In this document: piece after piece, positions 19,880 through 28,465 of the stretch
How the letters are laid out: each line of letters begins with the position of its first letter
Numbering within the stretch: the first letter of the stretch is position 1
Virus record (IMG/VR): IMGVR_UViG_3300008267_000012
DNA length: 64,000 nt
Source of the DNA: a virus
Lineage: Duplodnaviria > Caudoviricetes
Direction: 5' to 3' (one strand)
Notes under the pieces: generated by a model
The model's database searches: none
Told to the model about the DNA's origin: nothing
The model's input: the letters and a program-made list of their open reading frames with translations, nothing else
Made by a program: the position numbers and the translations under genes

Positions 19880-21054
19880 TATTTTTTCTTCATCATCATA
19901 CTAAGTGGTTTAGGATATTTCCTACTTACCATCCTATCAAATGATTTTGGATATTTCCTATCATTAATATCACCTGCAAGTGCATATAACTTGTATATCT
20001 TTCTTAATACTTTATTTGATACAACCTTAAATTCCTGCTCAGATGATTTAAAAAAATTATTATAGTCACCCTTATATTTCCTATCAATCTGACTCATATA
20101 ATCTTTTATAACCTCATTCCTTAATTTATCAGGAAACTGTTTGGTCTTCTTAAATTCTTCTAATTCTTTTGGGTCTGATATATGCTGTGCTAATACATTC
20201 ATCTTAAATAATTTACTTCTTTTGAATGCATACTCTAATAAATTTTCAATAACCTGCTCATCCGTACCCTCATATCCTAGTAGATTGGTATCTTTTGCTA
20301 ATTGTCTTATCCCATCTGCAAATGACATTAATTCCTGTTTTAATCCCTCATATGTAAAATTATTTATTTTCTTTAACTCAAGCACAGTTTCATTTGACAT
20401 CATAAACTTTAAAAAATCTCTCTTACTTATTCCCATAACATCCATTTCTGTTGCAACCTGACTTGTCCTAACCAAATTCTCAATGAAATCTATGAAATAT
20501 AAATAATAAAAAAACTCATTCAATGGTCCAACACCAAATGATATAAGTTTACTATTTGCAACATAATCTGCCCTGTCAGTTAATTTACCAACACTCATCT
20601 TATATCCATCATATCTGTGCTTTAACTCATGTGCAAATGATGCCACAACAAGCTTTTGACTGTTACTTTTTATATATTCTCTTATCTCTTTTCCTGTAAC
20701 ATCTCTTGGAGCTGTCATATCTATATTTAATATAAACCCAAACCCTTCGGTAACCCTTATATCACTCTTTCTTGTCTTTGTTAAATCACCTCCTACTCTT
20801 ATATACTCCCTGTTAGAAAAACTATTAAGACTTACTTTACTACCCTCATTTAAACTTATTGTAATTAATGCCTTGTTAAATAAATAATCCCCTATAATAA
20901 ATCTACCCGATACAATAAACTCCTGACCATTTAAACTATCAAATGTATCATCATCACTTATCTGACTAATAAATTTATTATATATCTCTTTAGCCACTAC
21001 AACTAAACCACTCGGTACTCCTAATACCTCATTTATTACTTTTAACTTTCCCAT
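19876..21054 (-). CDS. HExxH-containing protein (putative Zn-metalloprotease fold)
   Basis: SFAHELKH; N-terminus MGKLKVINE. Confidence 0.5.
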   Translation of the reverse strand: MGKLKVINEVLGVPSGLVVVAKEIYNKFISQISDDDTFDSLNGQEFIVSGRFIIGDYLFNKALITISLNEGSKVSLNSFSNREYIRVGGDLTKTRKSDIRVTEGFGFILNIDMTAPRDVTGKEIREYIKSNSQKLVVASFAHELKHRYDGYKMSVGKLTDRADYVANSKLISFGVGPLNEFFYYLYFIDFIENLVRTSQVATEMDVMGISKRDFLKFMMSNETVLELKKINNFTYEGLKQELMSFADGIRQLAKDTNLLGYEGTDEQVIENLLEYAFKRSKLFKMNVLAQHISDPKELEEFKKTKQFPDKLRNEVIKDYMSQIDRKYKGDYNNFFKSSEQEFKVVSNKVLRKIYKLYALAGDINDRKYPKSFDRMVSRKYPKPLSMMMKKKY

Positions 21055-21061
21055 TCTATTA

Positions 21062-21481
21062 CTATATAGTTTTTAACTGAAAATGCATTCCATCTTTCCT
21101 TCTCCATATACCACCCCAATCAAATCCTGCATCCACAAAACATTTTACAAATCCTGCACTAAACTTTGGCTCACAAGCTAAACAGTTTTCAAAGGCATTA
21201 AAATCAATGGCAACTCCCCAGGAATGTAAACTCATTGAACTTAATCCCCTCTTCTTTCTAATATTAAAACATCCATCAAAAGTTTTTAACTCTGATACAA
21301 ATCCTGTATCAATTAAATTCTTAAACGCTTTTGATAATGGAGCAACCATATCCTTATTGCAATAAATCTTCTTTGGAATTAATCCTATCTCCAACTCACT
21401 TGGTACATCCCATAATACCATACATGGATTGTTCTTTGATGGCTCACCATACTTTCTTAAACATTGATTTGATGTTAACAT
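21062..21481 (-). CDS. M15 family peptidoglycan peptidase (endolysin-like)
   Basis: FNIR...SLHSWGVAIDFN...FDWGG.W...DGMHFQ. Confidence 0.88.
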   Translation of the reverse strand: MLTSNQCLRKYGEPSKNNPCMVLWDVPSELEIGLIPKKIYCNKDMVAPLSKAFKNLIDTGFVSELKTFDGCFNIRKKRGLSSMSLHSWGVAIDFNAFENCLACEPKFSAGFVKCFVDAGFDWGGIWRRKDGMHFQLKTI

Positions 21482-21612
21482 ATTTTAATATAAATAGAAA
21501 AAAACTATAAAAATTTTTCCTACCCCACCCTACTCTTTTTAAATAAAAAACCCCATAGGATTTTTTTTTATTTTACACTTTGTAAACACTTTACTTTACA
21601 TAAAAATAAATG

Positions 21613-21682
21613 TGTCGGGAATCCTCTAATTCTGTCGCAAATACTCTAAATTTGTCGGGAATACTAAAAAAGTGTCGGGAAT
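21613..21682 (+). repeat. Four direct repeats TGTCG(G/C)(G/A)AAT at exact 20-bp period
   Basis: Copies start at 21613, 21633, 21653 and 21673. Confidence 0.9.
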
Positions 21683-21727
21683 AAAATTTTGTAAAAAATT
21701 TATACTATTTATATAAAAGAATAGTAT

Positions 21728-22513
21728 ATGAAAATTTGTAAGAAATGTTTAAACCCAAAAAATGAATCAGAATTTGGTGTTGATAAATCCAAGAAAGATG
21801 GACTATCAATTTATTGTAAGGATTGTCAAAAAGAAATAAGAGAAAAATATAAAGGCAAATATGACCATAATGAATATTATGAAAAATATAAAGAAAGGAA
21901 GAAAGAATACTATCAGGAAAATAAAGAAAAAATAAAAGAATATTATGAAACAAATAAAGAAAAAATAAGCGAAAAAAGAAAAGAATATTGGGAAGAAAAT
22001 AAAGAAAGAATAAAAGAAAAATATAAAGGTAAATATAAATATCCTTACAAACCTAGAAATTATACAGAAGAACAAAAACTTAAAAGAAAATTATACGATA
22101 AAGAATATAAACAAATCCATAAAGATAGATATAATCAAAAAAGAAGACTGTATAAAAAATTAAAAAAAGAAAATGACCCCATTTTTAAACTAAAAGAAGC
22201 ATGTAGAAAATCAATCTATATGTCAATTAAAAGAAATGGTTATACAAAAGAAACTAAAACTTATGAAATATTAGGTTGTTCATATGAAGATTTTAAAAAT
22301 CACATTGAATCACAATTTGAAAATTGGATGAATTGGGATAACTATGGTTTATGTAATAATGAATTTAATTATGGTTGGGATATAGACCACATTGTTCCTT
22401 GCGCTTCTGCTAAAACAGAAGAAGAACTTTTAAAACTAAACCATTATACTAACCTTAGACCACTATGCTCTCACATTAATAGAAATATTAAAAGAGATAG
22501 GTTGGATTTTTAA
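21728..22513 (+). CDS. HNH endonuclease with N-terminal Zn finger and KEYY-type low-complexity repeats
   Basis: CKKC...CKDC; WDIDHIVPC...NHYTNLRPLCSHINR. Confidence 0.85.
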   Translation: MKICKKCLNPKNESEFGVDKSKKDGLSIYCKDCQKEIREKYKGKYDHNEYYEKYKERKKEYYQENKEKIKEYYETNKEKISEKRKEYWEENKERIKEKYKGKYKYPYKPRNYTEEQKLKRKLYDKEYKQIHKDRYNQKRRLYKKLKKENDPIFKLKEACRKSIYMSIKRNGYTKETKTYEILGCSYEDFKNHIESQFENWMNWDNYGLCNNEFNYGWDIDHIVPCASAKTEEELLKLNHYTNLRPLCSHINRNIKRDRLDF

Positions 22514-22653
22514 AACGAAAAATTATATAAAAAATTTTTTAACACACAATCTATTTTGGAGTTGAAAAGTTGTGCAGGAATTTTTTACAAAATTTTTTTC
22601 TAATTGTAAACTAATTTTTGTAGCCGATACATCCATGCTGCCCCCACATCTAT

Positions 22654-22714
22654 GGGAGGGGGGTGGGTGGGCTGTGTTATAGGGGGGTACAGAGGGGGGT
22701 ATGCCCAGGGGGGT
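22654..22714 (+). other. G-tract cluster (potential G-quadruplex)
   Basis: AGGGGGGT at 22657, 22681, 22693 and 22707, plus GGG runs, in a very AT-rich background. Confidence 0.75.
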
Positions 22715-22867
22715 CTCCCTGACATTTCCAAATCTTTTTTCAACTTTTTCTTACATCAATCTTACATTAGGACTTTTCCCATATCGGTTAGGACTAATCC
22801 AGTATTGTACTTTGCCCAGGCGACATAGGACAAAACAATGAATGCGATTTAAGGCATCTGCAAGGCT

Positions 22868-22930
22868 CTACAATGAACGCAAGGTTCAAATGGTATCTGA
22901 ACCTCACCCGAAACTTTGCGTTGATTGTAG
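22868..22930. other. Long imperfect hairpin
   Basis: CTACAAT/ATTGTAG, AACGCAA/TTGCGTT and GGTTCA/TGAACC nested stems. Confidence 0.7.
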
Positions 22931-22957
22931 GCTGTGTTGCGCTTGAATTAGGGCATA

Positions 22958-22985
22958 AAAAAAGGGAGGCTTTCACCTCCCTTGT
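22958..22985 (-). terminator. Intrinsic terminator of the sigma-like gene
   Basis: AAGGGAGG-TGAAAG-CCTCCCTT followed by a T-tract on the minus strand. Confidence 0.8.
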
Positions 22986-23000
22986 TTTGCCGTTCCGTGC

Positions 23001-23795
23001 TTAGAAAATTTCACGGAGGGCTTTCACATTGCATAGGGCTTGCAAGCGGTCATCGGCAAGCATCCGCTTCTTTTGGACATAGTACGCATTGCGGTTCAGC
23101 CACCCCTGAAGAACGCAAGCATCTGCGGTAGGTAGTGGCGAAACCTCCACCTCAATCATCCGTTCAAAGGTCTGCCAAAACCTGCGGTCTGCATTGTTAT
23201 CGGCAAGGTTGAACAAGTGGCGCACCTCTTTTTGGAGGTCAATTTCCACCTTTGACTTTGAGGCAAGTGCCATTGCCCTCTCCACCTGCGGATTAACCAT
23301 TTCGTTGTTATCATCATCGGCAACGAAGAGGCTGATGATAGCCTTAGTCTTTGAATTGCCACCTTTCTTTGCGCCATTCTGAACGCATTGGATTGAGGCT
23401 TTCAGCCAAAGCCTCCAAAAGCGACCTTGCGTAAGTGGTTCACCATTGTAGGTGAAATCTGCGTGGCTGAACCGCAAGATACCCTTTTTCTTGGTCGGGG
23501 TAATGAGGCGAAGGTATGCCTCTTGTGCAAAGTCTTCAGCGGTCTTTGCGGTAAACCTCTGACCGATACCCAAAAATGGGTATTTTCGGATAAGCATAAA
23601 GGCAATGCCTTTTGCCATAAGTTGCGCCCTTTTATTGAACCCTTTCGGGGTCATCGGGCAAACATCCATTCTCTTTACGAACTTGCAAAGAGAGATAACA
23701 CGAACCTTTTTAGGGGTGTTATCAGATGAAACAGATACAGAAGGAGTAGTGGCAACCCCGTTGCTAACTACTGAAGAAGTGATTTGATTTTTCAT
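23001..23795 (-). CDS. Divergent sigma-70/ECF-like factor (putative phage sigma)
   Basis: Region-2-like TAEDFAQEAYLRL...FWRLWLKASIQCVQNGAKK, IISL, helical region-4-like C-terminus; markedly higher GC; ATG 23795 directly follows GATATTTGCA. Confidence 0.55.
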   Translation of the reverse strand: MKNQITSSVVSNGVATTPSVSVSSDNTPKKVRVISLCKFVKRMDVCPMTPKGFNKRAQLMAKGIAFMLIRKYPFLGIGQRFTAKTAEDFAQEAYLRLITPTKKKGILRFSHADFTYNGEPLTQGRFWRLWLKASIQCVQNGAKKGGNSKTKAIISLFVADDDNNEMVNPQVERAMALASKSKVEIDLQKEVRHLFNLADNNADRRFWQTFERMIEVEVSPLPTADACVLQGWLNRNAYYVQKKRMLADDRLQALCNVKALREIF

Positions 23796-23863
23796 AATGC
23801 AAATATCGGCATAAGAAGTAATACACTCCAAATCTGACACAAAAATAAATTTAAAATAAACCC

Positions 23864-24145
23864 TAACTCATTGATAATCAGCGAGAAAAAAGTTGAAAAT
23901 TTTTGTAAGAAATCATAACTCACTGAAAATCAGCGACTTGAACCAGGCAATGGTATATGAACTGCGTGAGGTGTGCGTATGCGTGTGTGCGTGTATGAAA
24001 CAAAATAAATGAAACAAAAAAATTTATTTGCTGTACTGAACTAATAGACCATAGGACAAAACCAAGATTTGAATCAGAACTCGTTGAAAACCAGGCACTT
24101 AGGTCTTAATTTAGGTAGTAACCATAACTGACTGATAATCAGCGA
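23864..24145 (+). repeat. Four copies of TAACTnnnTGA(T/A)AATCAGCG
   Basis: Copies at 23864, 23916, 24077 (degenerate) and 24125; the core CTGAT-A-ATCAG is palindromic. Confidence 0.8.
23971..23997. repeat. 27-bp alternating purine-pyrimidine tract
   Basis: GTGTGCGTATGCGTGTGTGCGTGTATG. Confidence 0.8.
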
Positions 24146-24457
24146 CTTCCTTTGTATTCGCATAACTATTTTTTTTGGTATCAGAGTACCAAAAAGGCAC
24201 ATCGTGTCTTATACGCAATGTTATGAGGCTGAAAACGCATTCTAATAACGCTGGTAAGGTTACCAAAAAACTTGGTAGAAAATAAATTTGGAAATATGGA
24301 AAATGGTATTCTGAAAAATGGGAAAAATGCCTTAGTCAAAATAATTGAGAAAAGCAAGGAATTGAAAAAATAAAATTATTTTCAAATAATTTTGGTAATG
24401 TCAAAAATCCTCCACTGGCCTGGCCCTGGCGCAAGGTGAAAAAATTTTCAGATTTTT

Positions 24458-24594
24458 TGTAAGATTTGAGAGGTGAGTTCATATACTATACTAAGACAAA
24501 AGCATTACTGCTTTGCAGGTATGTTTCTTTCTTATCCATTTGGTTTTTACACTTTTATAGAAAATCCCTTTGAAATTCAGAGGGATTTTTTTTT
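24458..24594 (+). ncRNA. Rightward 36-bp element followed by about 100 nt without an ORF and a terminator (putative sRNA)
   Basis: Element at 24458-24493; hairpin AAAATCCCT/AGGGATTTT plus T-tract at 24561-24594. Confidence 0.45.
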
Positions 24595-24617
24595 ATTCTT
24601 TTTTTAATAAAAAAGAA

Positions 24618-24664
24618 GAAGCCCGAACCAAGGGAAGGTTAATCGCAGGTAGTTCGCCCAAACT
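24618..24664 (+). repeat. 47-nt non-coding repeat, copy 1
   Basis: GAAGCCCGAACCAAGGGAAGGTTAATCGCAGGTAGTTCGCCCAAACT, identical to 25247-25293. Confidence 0.9.
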
Positions 24665-24722
24665 TTTTTAAAATAAATTAAAAATAAAAAAAGGCAATCA
24701 CTCCCGATTGCCTTTCCCGAAC

Positions 24723-24956
24723 TTACTTGCACATTGCTTTCAGTTCCGCTTTTATCTCCTTGGCTTTCTCACCTCTCCAAGAGGAAGCATTGCCAAGGAA
24801 GTAAAGAACGATTGACTTTCCCGAATCCCAACCATAATCCTGGTTTACGGAATCCATTTGCGCCATTGCATCCAAATAAGGCTTGGCTGCAAAATTGATG
24901 TTTTTCCAATCCTTCCTAACCTCGGAAGCGATTTGGCTTAGTGTTCTTGTTGTCAT
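24723..24956 (-). CDS. Conserved small phage early-type protein (77 aa)
   Basis: ASEVRKDW...AKPYLDAM...YFLGNASSWRGE; ATG abuts the 36-bp element. Confidence 0.75.
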   Translation of the reverse strand: MTTRTLSQIASEVRKDWKNINFAAKPYLDAMAQMDSVNQDYGWDSGKSIVLYFLGNASSWRGEKAKEIKAELKAMCK

Positions 24957-25013
24957 AATATAGTATATGAATTGAGGTGTCATATCTTACATTTTATTTT
25001 AAAATAAATTTTA

Positions 25014-25183
25014 ACAATGTCAATGTATATACAATGTAGTGGTTCTGACAATGTTAATGTATATACAATGTATGACTTTCTGTATTGTGTGTTATTTTAC
25101 ATTGTTTGCCTTTTGACAATGTAGGAACAATGTCAGGACAATGTAGGCTTATACACAATGTTATGAGAATGTTTTGACATTGT
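25014..25183 (+). repeat. ACAATGT heptamer array
   Basis: Forward copies at 25014, 25031, 25048, 25065, 25116, 25127, 25138, 25155; reverse copies at 25099, 25177. Confidence 0.9.
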
Positions 25184-25193
25184 TGAAAAAGAA

Positions 25194-25293
25194 TGTAAGA
25201 TATTGACATTGAGTTCATATATTATAATGTAAACAAGATTGTTACAGAAGCCCGAACCAAGGGAAGGTTAATCGCAGGTAGTTCGCCCAAACT
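25194..25293 (+). ncRNA. Rightward 36-bp element plus 47-nt repeat copy 2 (putative sRNA)
   Basis: Element 25194-25229; repeat 25247-25293. Confidence 0.55.
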
Positions 25294-25325
25294 GAACTAT
25301 AAAATATATGAATAAAAAAAGTCAA

Positions 25326-25682
25326 TCAGAAATGATTGACTTTAAGTGTCACACTCTTTGGTTTCCAATTCAAACCCCAAAAAAAGCCACCGAAACACCC
25401 TGTTTGATTGTATTTATATATATCATACATAAGTATGTCTACAATTCCTTTTGCATACTCTATACCTACATATTCCCCAATTACTTGTCTGATTTGGAAA
25501 AAAGTAGTTTCCTCTTCTAAGTATTCTTGAAAAATATAGGGCAAATACTTCTTCAGTTGTTCTAAATCAGTAGACATTCCTTCTTCAGTAAGCCAATTGT
25601 CTATATACTCCCATAACCCTGATATGGATTGGAAAGCAACGCTTGAAGTACAAGTTGTGTTTACATTAGGATAATTTTCCAT
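25326..25682 (-). CDS. Hypothetical protein
   Basis: Intact ORF behind the 36-bp element at 25707. Confidence 0.75.
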   Translation of the reverse strand: MENYPNVNTTCTSSVAFQSISGLWEYIDNWLTEEGMSTDLEQLKKYLPYIFQEYLEEETTFFQIRQVIGEYVGIEYAKGIVDILMYDIYKYNQTGCFGGFFWGLNWKPKSVTLKVNHF

Positions 25683-25762
25683 TTTATTTTTTTTTAGTGT
25701 TTGTTGTAATATAGTATATGAACTGACCTTACAAATCTTACATAAATTTTTATTTTATTTTT

Positions 25763-25864
25763 TGTAAGATATTTGATATGAGTTCATATATTATATGGCA
25801 AACCACCTGGGTTTGCGGAAGCCCGAACCAAGGGAAGGTTAATCGCCTGTAACTTGTCCAAACT
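25763..25864 (+). ncRNA. Rightward 36-bp element, short hairpin and 47-nt repeat copy 3 (putative sRNA)
   Basis: Element 25763-25798; hairpin GCAAACC/GGTTTGC; repeat 25818-25864. Confidence 0.55.
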
Positions 25865-25918
25865 GAAATGATAAAAAAAATTAAATAAAAAAAGGGAAGA
25901 TTTCTCTTCCCTTAGTTA

Positions 25919-26296
25919 TCAGATGAAATCTGATTTCTCTTGATACTTCTTGAAGGCAAAATCAGCACTTGGTGTATCGCCATTGAGAACGATAAGACCT
26001 GTTACCTTGGTTCTGCCTTGACCAAACTTGGCTTCCCAAATGAAAGCAGTTGCTTCCAAGATTTGGGTGTTGGTTGAATCAGTACCCATCCAAACACGGC
26101 ATTCATAAATGCCATCTTTTTCAGGTGCATCTCCAAACCACTTGAACTTATCCCAACCTCCAAATGAAGAGGCTTTGGATTCAAGTTCTCCGTGCAAGTA
26201 CACCCAAGGTGTGTACGATAAAACCTCTTCTTTGAAAGGCAGAAGAGCATTTCCTGATTCCATCAATGTTGGAACGATAGTGTGTAAGTGTGTCAT
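25919..26296 (-). CDS. Hypothetical protein
   Basis: ATG abuts a 36-bp element; ends in a hairpin terminator. Confidence 0.75.
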   Translation of the reverse strand: MTHLHTIVPTLMESGNALLPFKEEVLSYTPWVYLHGELESKASSFGGWDKFKWFGDAPEKDGIYECRVWMGTDSTNTQILEATAFIWEAKFGQGRTKVTGLIVLNGDTPSADFAFKKYQEKSDFI

Positions 26297-26355
26297 AATA
26301 TAGTATATGAATTGAGATACGAAATCTTACATTTTATTTTAAAAAAAAACAATCT

Positions 26356-26410
26356 ACAATGTCTTGCACAATGTCTTGTACAATGTCAATAAAAAAGGGG
26401 AACACAATGT
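26356..26410 (+). repeat. ACAATGT array (12-bp period), with one further copy in a terminator loop
   Basis: Copies at 26356, 26368, 26380; 26404 lies within GGGGAAC-ACAAT-GTTTCCCC. Confidence 0.85.
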
Positions 26411-26427
26411 TTCCCCTTTGAAGATTG

Positions 26428-26847
26428 TTACTTTGCTCTGCAAACTGGTCCAAAGCCAATGCTGATTGAATCAGCATCAGTCAGAGGTCTTCCGCACCTT
26501 AGACATTTGCCTAAGTGCATTACCTCCACTTGGTCAGCAACTGCTTGATGATTACCAAGTTGAATATTGTGGAGAATCCACGCAATCCCTTTGGCTGAAG
26601 GTGTATCAACCTCTTGACCTTTACGGACAACCTTGCCATCTTTAAAGAAGCCAAGATACAACCATTCAAGATAGTTGGTTTCCACTTTGATGTGGGTGTA
26701 CCATTTATCATTGAACTGCTTGCGACTTACCTTGTAGGTGAAGTCTTTACCACTTCTCTTTGAGAGTGCGGTGAACTCACCACCATTGGATTGAGTATCA
26801 CCTTGAATAAGAGAAAGAAGTGCGGAGGTAGGAACTAAATTTTTCAT
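26428..26847 (-). CDS. DUF6011-like Zn-ribbon protein
   Basis: C-terminal GKCLRCGRPLTDADSISIGFGPVC. Confidence 0.75.
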   Translation of the reverse strand: MKNLVPTSALLSLIQGDTQSNGGEFTALSKRSGKDFTYKVSRKQFNDKWYTHIKVETNYLEWLYLGFFKDGKVVRKGQEVDTPSAKGIAWILHNIQLGNHQAVADQVEVMHLGKCLRCGRPLTDADSISIGFGPVCRAK

Positions 26848-26978
26848 AGTGTTATTGTTTATTGTAATATACTATATGAACTCAGTTGCGAAATCTTACA
26901 TTTTATTTTAAAATAAAAAAACCCTACCGATATAACCGATAGGGTTTCCAAGAAAAACCAATAAACACCCAAATACAA

Positions 26979-27143
26979 TCAATCCCAATTTTTTCGCTTC
27001 TGTGCGTTTCTATTATACTTTTTGGAATCCTTACCTACCTTAGTGGTAAATCTTGAATCACCATTGGTATCACGCAGATACATATCTCTTTTTATCTTCC
27101 CATAGTTAATGGGAGAAGTTGTTGTTGTTGCTGAAGTTTTCAT
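26979..27143 (-). CDS. Small basic protein (54 aa)
   Basis: Manual ORF MKTSATTTTSPINYGKIKRD... abutting a 36-bp element. Confidence 0.65.
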   Translation of the reverse strand: MKTSATTTTSPINYGKIKRDMYLRDTNGDSRFTTKVGKDSKKYNRNAQKRKNWD

Positions 27144-27166
27144 ACTTATATATATGAACTCAAGTG

Positions 27167-27517
27167 CTAAAACTTACAAATAAATTTAATTCTTTTCTCT
27201 TGTGCCTTTTCGTATTGAATATCACTAAGCCAAGAAGTAGCCAAAGCAGATACACCGATACCTAACGGAATAAAAATCATTGGATTACCATTATCTTCTT
27301 TTTTATAGATGTGGTAAGAAGCGACTGCTGAAACAAAAGCAGCGACTTGTAAAACCTTAGAAGTACCTTCCAATATCTTTGCCTTCTGCAAATGGAGATT
27401 AATTTCCTTACGGACTGAATCCCTCTTTTGGCGGTACATAATGGTTTTGTAGTTAGTTTGCCCCATAACCGATGAGGCAAACAAACAAAGTACCGAAACA
27501 ATGATTATCTTCTGCAT
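27167..27517 (-). CDS. Secreted/membrane protein
   Basis: Signal peptide plus two hydrophobic helices; final codons (CKF*) overlap the next 36-bp element. Confidence 0.7.
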   Translation of the reverse strand: MQKIIIVSVLCLFASSVMGQTNYKTIMYRQKRDSVRKEINLHLQKAKILEGTSKVLQVAAFVSAVASYHIYKKEDNGNPMIFIPLGIGVSALATSWLSDIQYEKAQEKRIKFICKF

Positions 27518-27717
27518 TCCCTTACGATTTTAAATTTATTCGTACCATTGATAGGGAATACCACTTCACCAACCTTGAACTCTCTATCCACCTTAATCTT
27601 GTGTGTGGTGATAGTATCGCCATCTACACGATGAGCAATAACCATTTTGGTTGTGCTTTCTATGCAAGAGGTCATCATCCCGATAACAACTGCCAATGTC
27701 AATAATCTTGTTTTCAT
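27505..27717 (-). CDS. Putative lipoprotein (70 aa)
   Basis: MKTRLLTLAVVIGMMTSC lipobox-like; ATG abuts a 36-bp element. Confidence 0.7.
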   Translation of the reverse strand: MKTRLLTLAVVIGMMTSCIESTTKMVIAHRVDGDTITTHKIKVDREFKVGEVVFPINGTNKFKIVRECRR

Positions 27718-27759
27718 AATATAGTATATGAATTGAAGTGTCAAATCTTACAATTTATT

Positions 27760-28014
27760 TTATTTCTTTTCTACAAGAACCCAATTATGTTGGGCAGTAT
27801 GAATCACAATGGCTTGATGCTTCTTTCCATCAAAGCCAACATATTCCAATGTTTTTTGTGATGCTTCATGAGGTTCAAGAGGTTTATCTTTTGAATTTGA
27901 ATGCTCAACAAAAGCACATATTACCGCAGTAAACATAATTGCAAACAATGCAACTATTGCTACTTTATAATAATTATCTTTCATAACCCAATTGTTAAAA
28001 TTAATAACCGACAA
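27760..28014 (-). CDS. Small membrane-anchored protein
   Basis: One TM helix; true start may be the internal MKDNYY. Confidence 0.65.
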   Translation of the reverse strand: MSVINFNNWVMKDNYYKVAIVALFAIMFTAVICAFVEHSNSKDKPLEPHEASQKTLEYVGFDGKKHQAIVIHTAQHNWVLVEKK

Positions 28015-28107
28015 ATGATAATGAAAAGTGAAAAGGAAATACCCAATACCACGATAACATCAAAGACCATATTTAGCCTTCTCTGTTGCTTATAAAAATC
28101 TTCCATA

Positions 28108-28347
28108 TTATTTCATTGTACTAAAACCATTTGAACAAACTATTCTATCTGAGGCATACAATTTTTCTTGAAAACCAGCCTTGCGGATTTCTTCAACTTC
28201 TTTGGTAGACATACCACCTTCTGAAATAGGCGCATCCAATAAGACCTTTGCAAATCCAACGAACAAGCCAAAACTTTTTCTATAAGCATCTGCAAGAATT
28301 TCCTTTTGCAAATTTTTCGGGAGAGATAATAACATTTCTTTAATCAT
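28108..28347 (-). CDS. Hypothetical protein
   Basis: Start moved downstream of the element at 28366. Confidence 0.65.
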   Translation of the reverse strand: MIKEMLLSLPKNLQKEILADAYRKSFGLFVGFAKVLLDAPISEGGMSTKEVEEIRKAGFQEKLYASDRIVCSNGFSTMK

Positions 28348-28465
28348 TTTTTTATTGTTTTGATGTAATATAGTATATGAACTCAATGCTGAAATCTTAC
28401 AATTTATTTTAAAATAAAAAAACCCTCTGCCATTTCTGACAAGAGGGTTCTATGAACAACAAACA

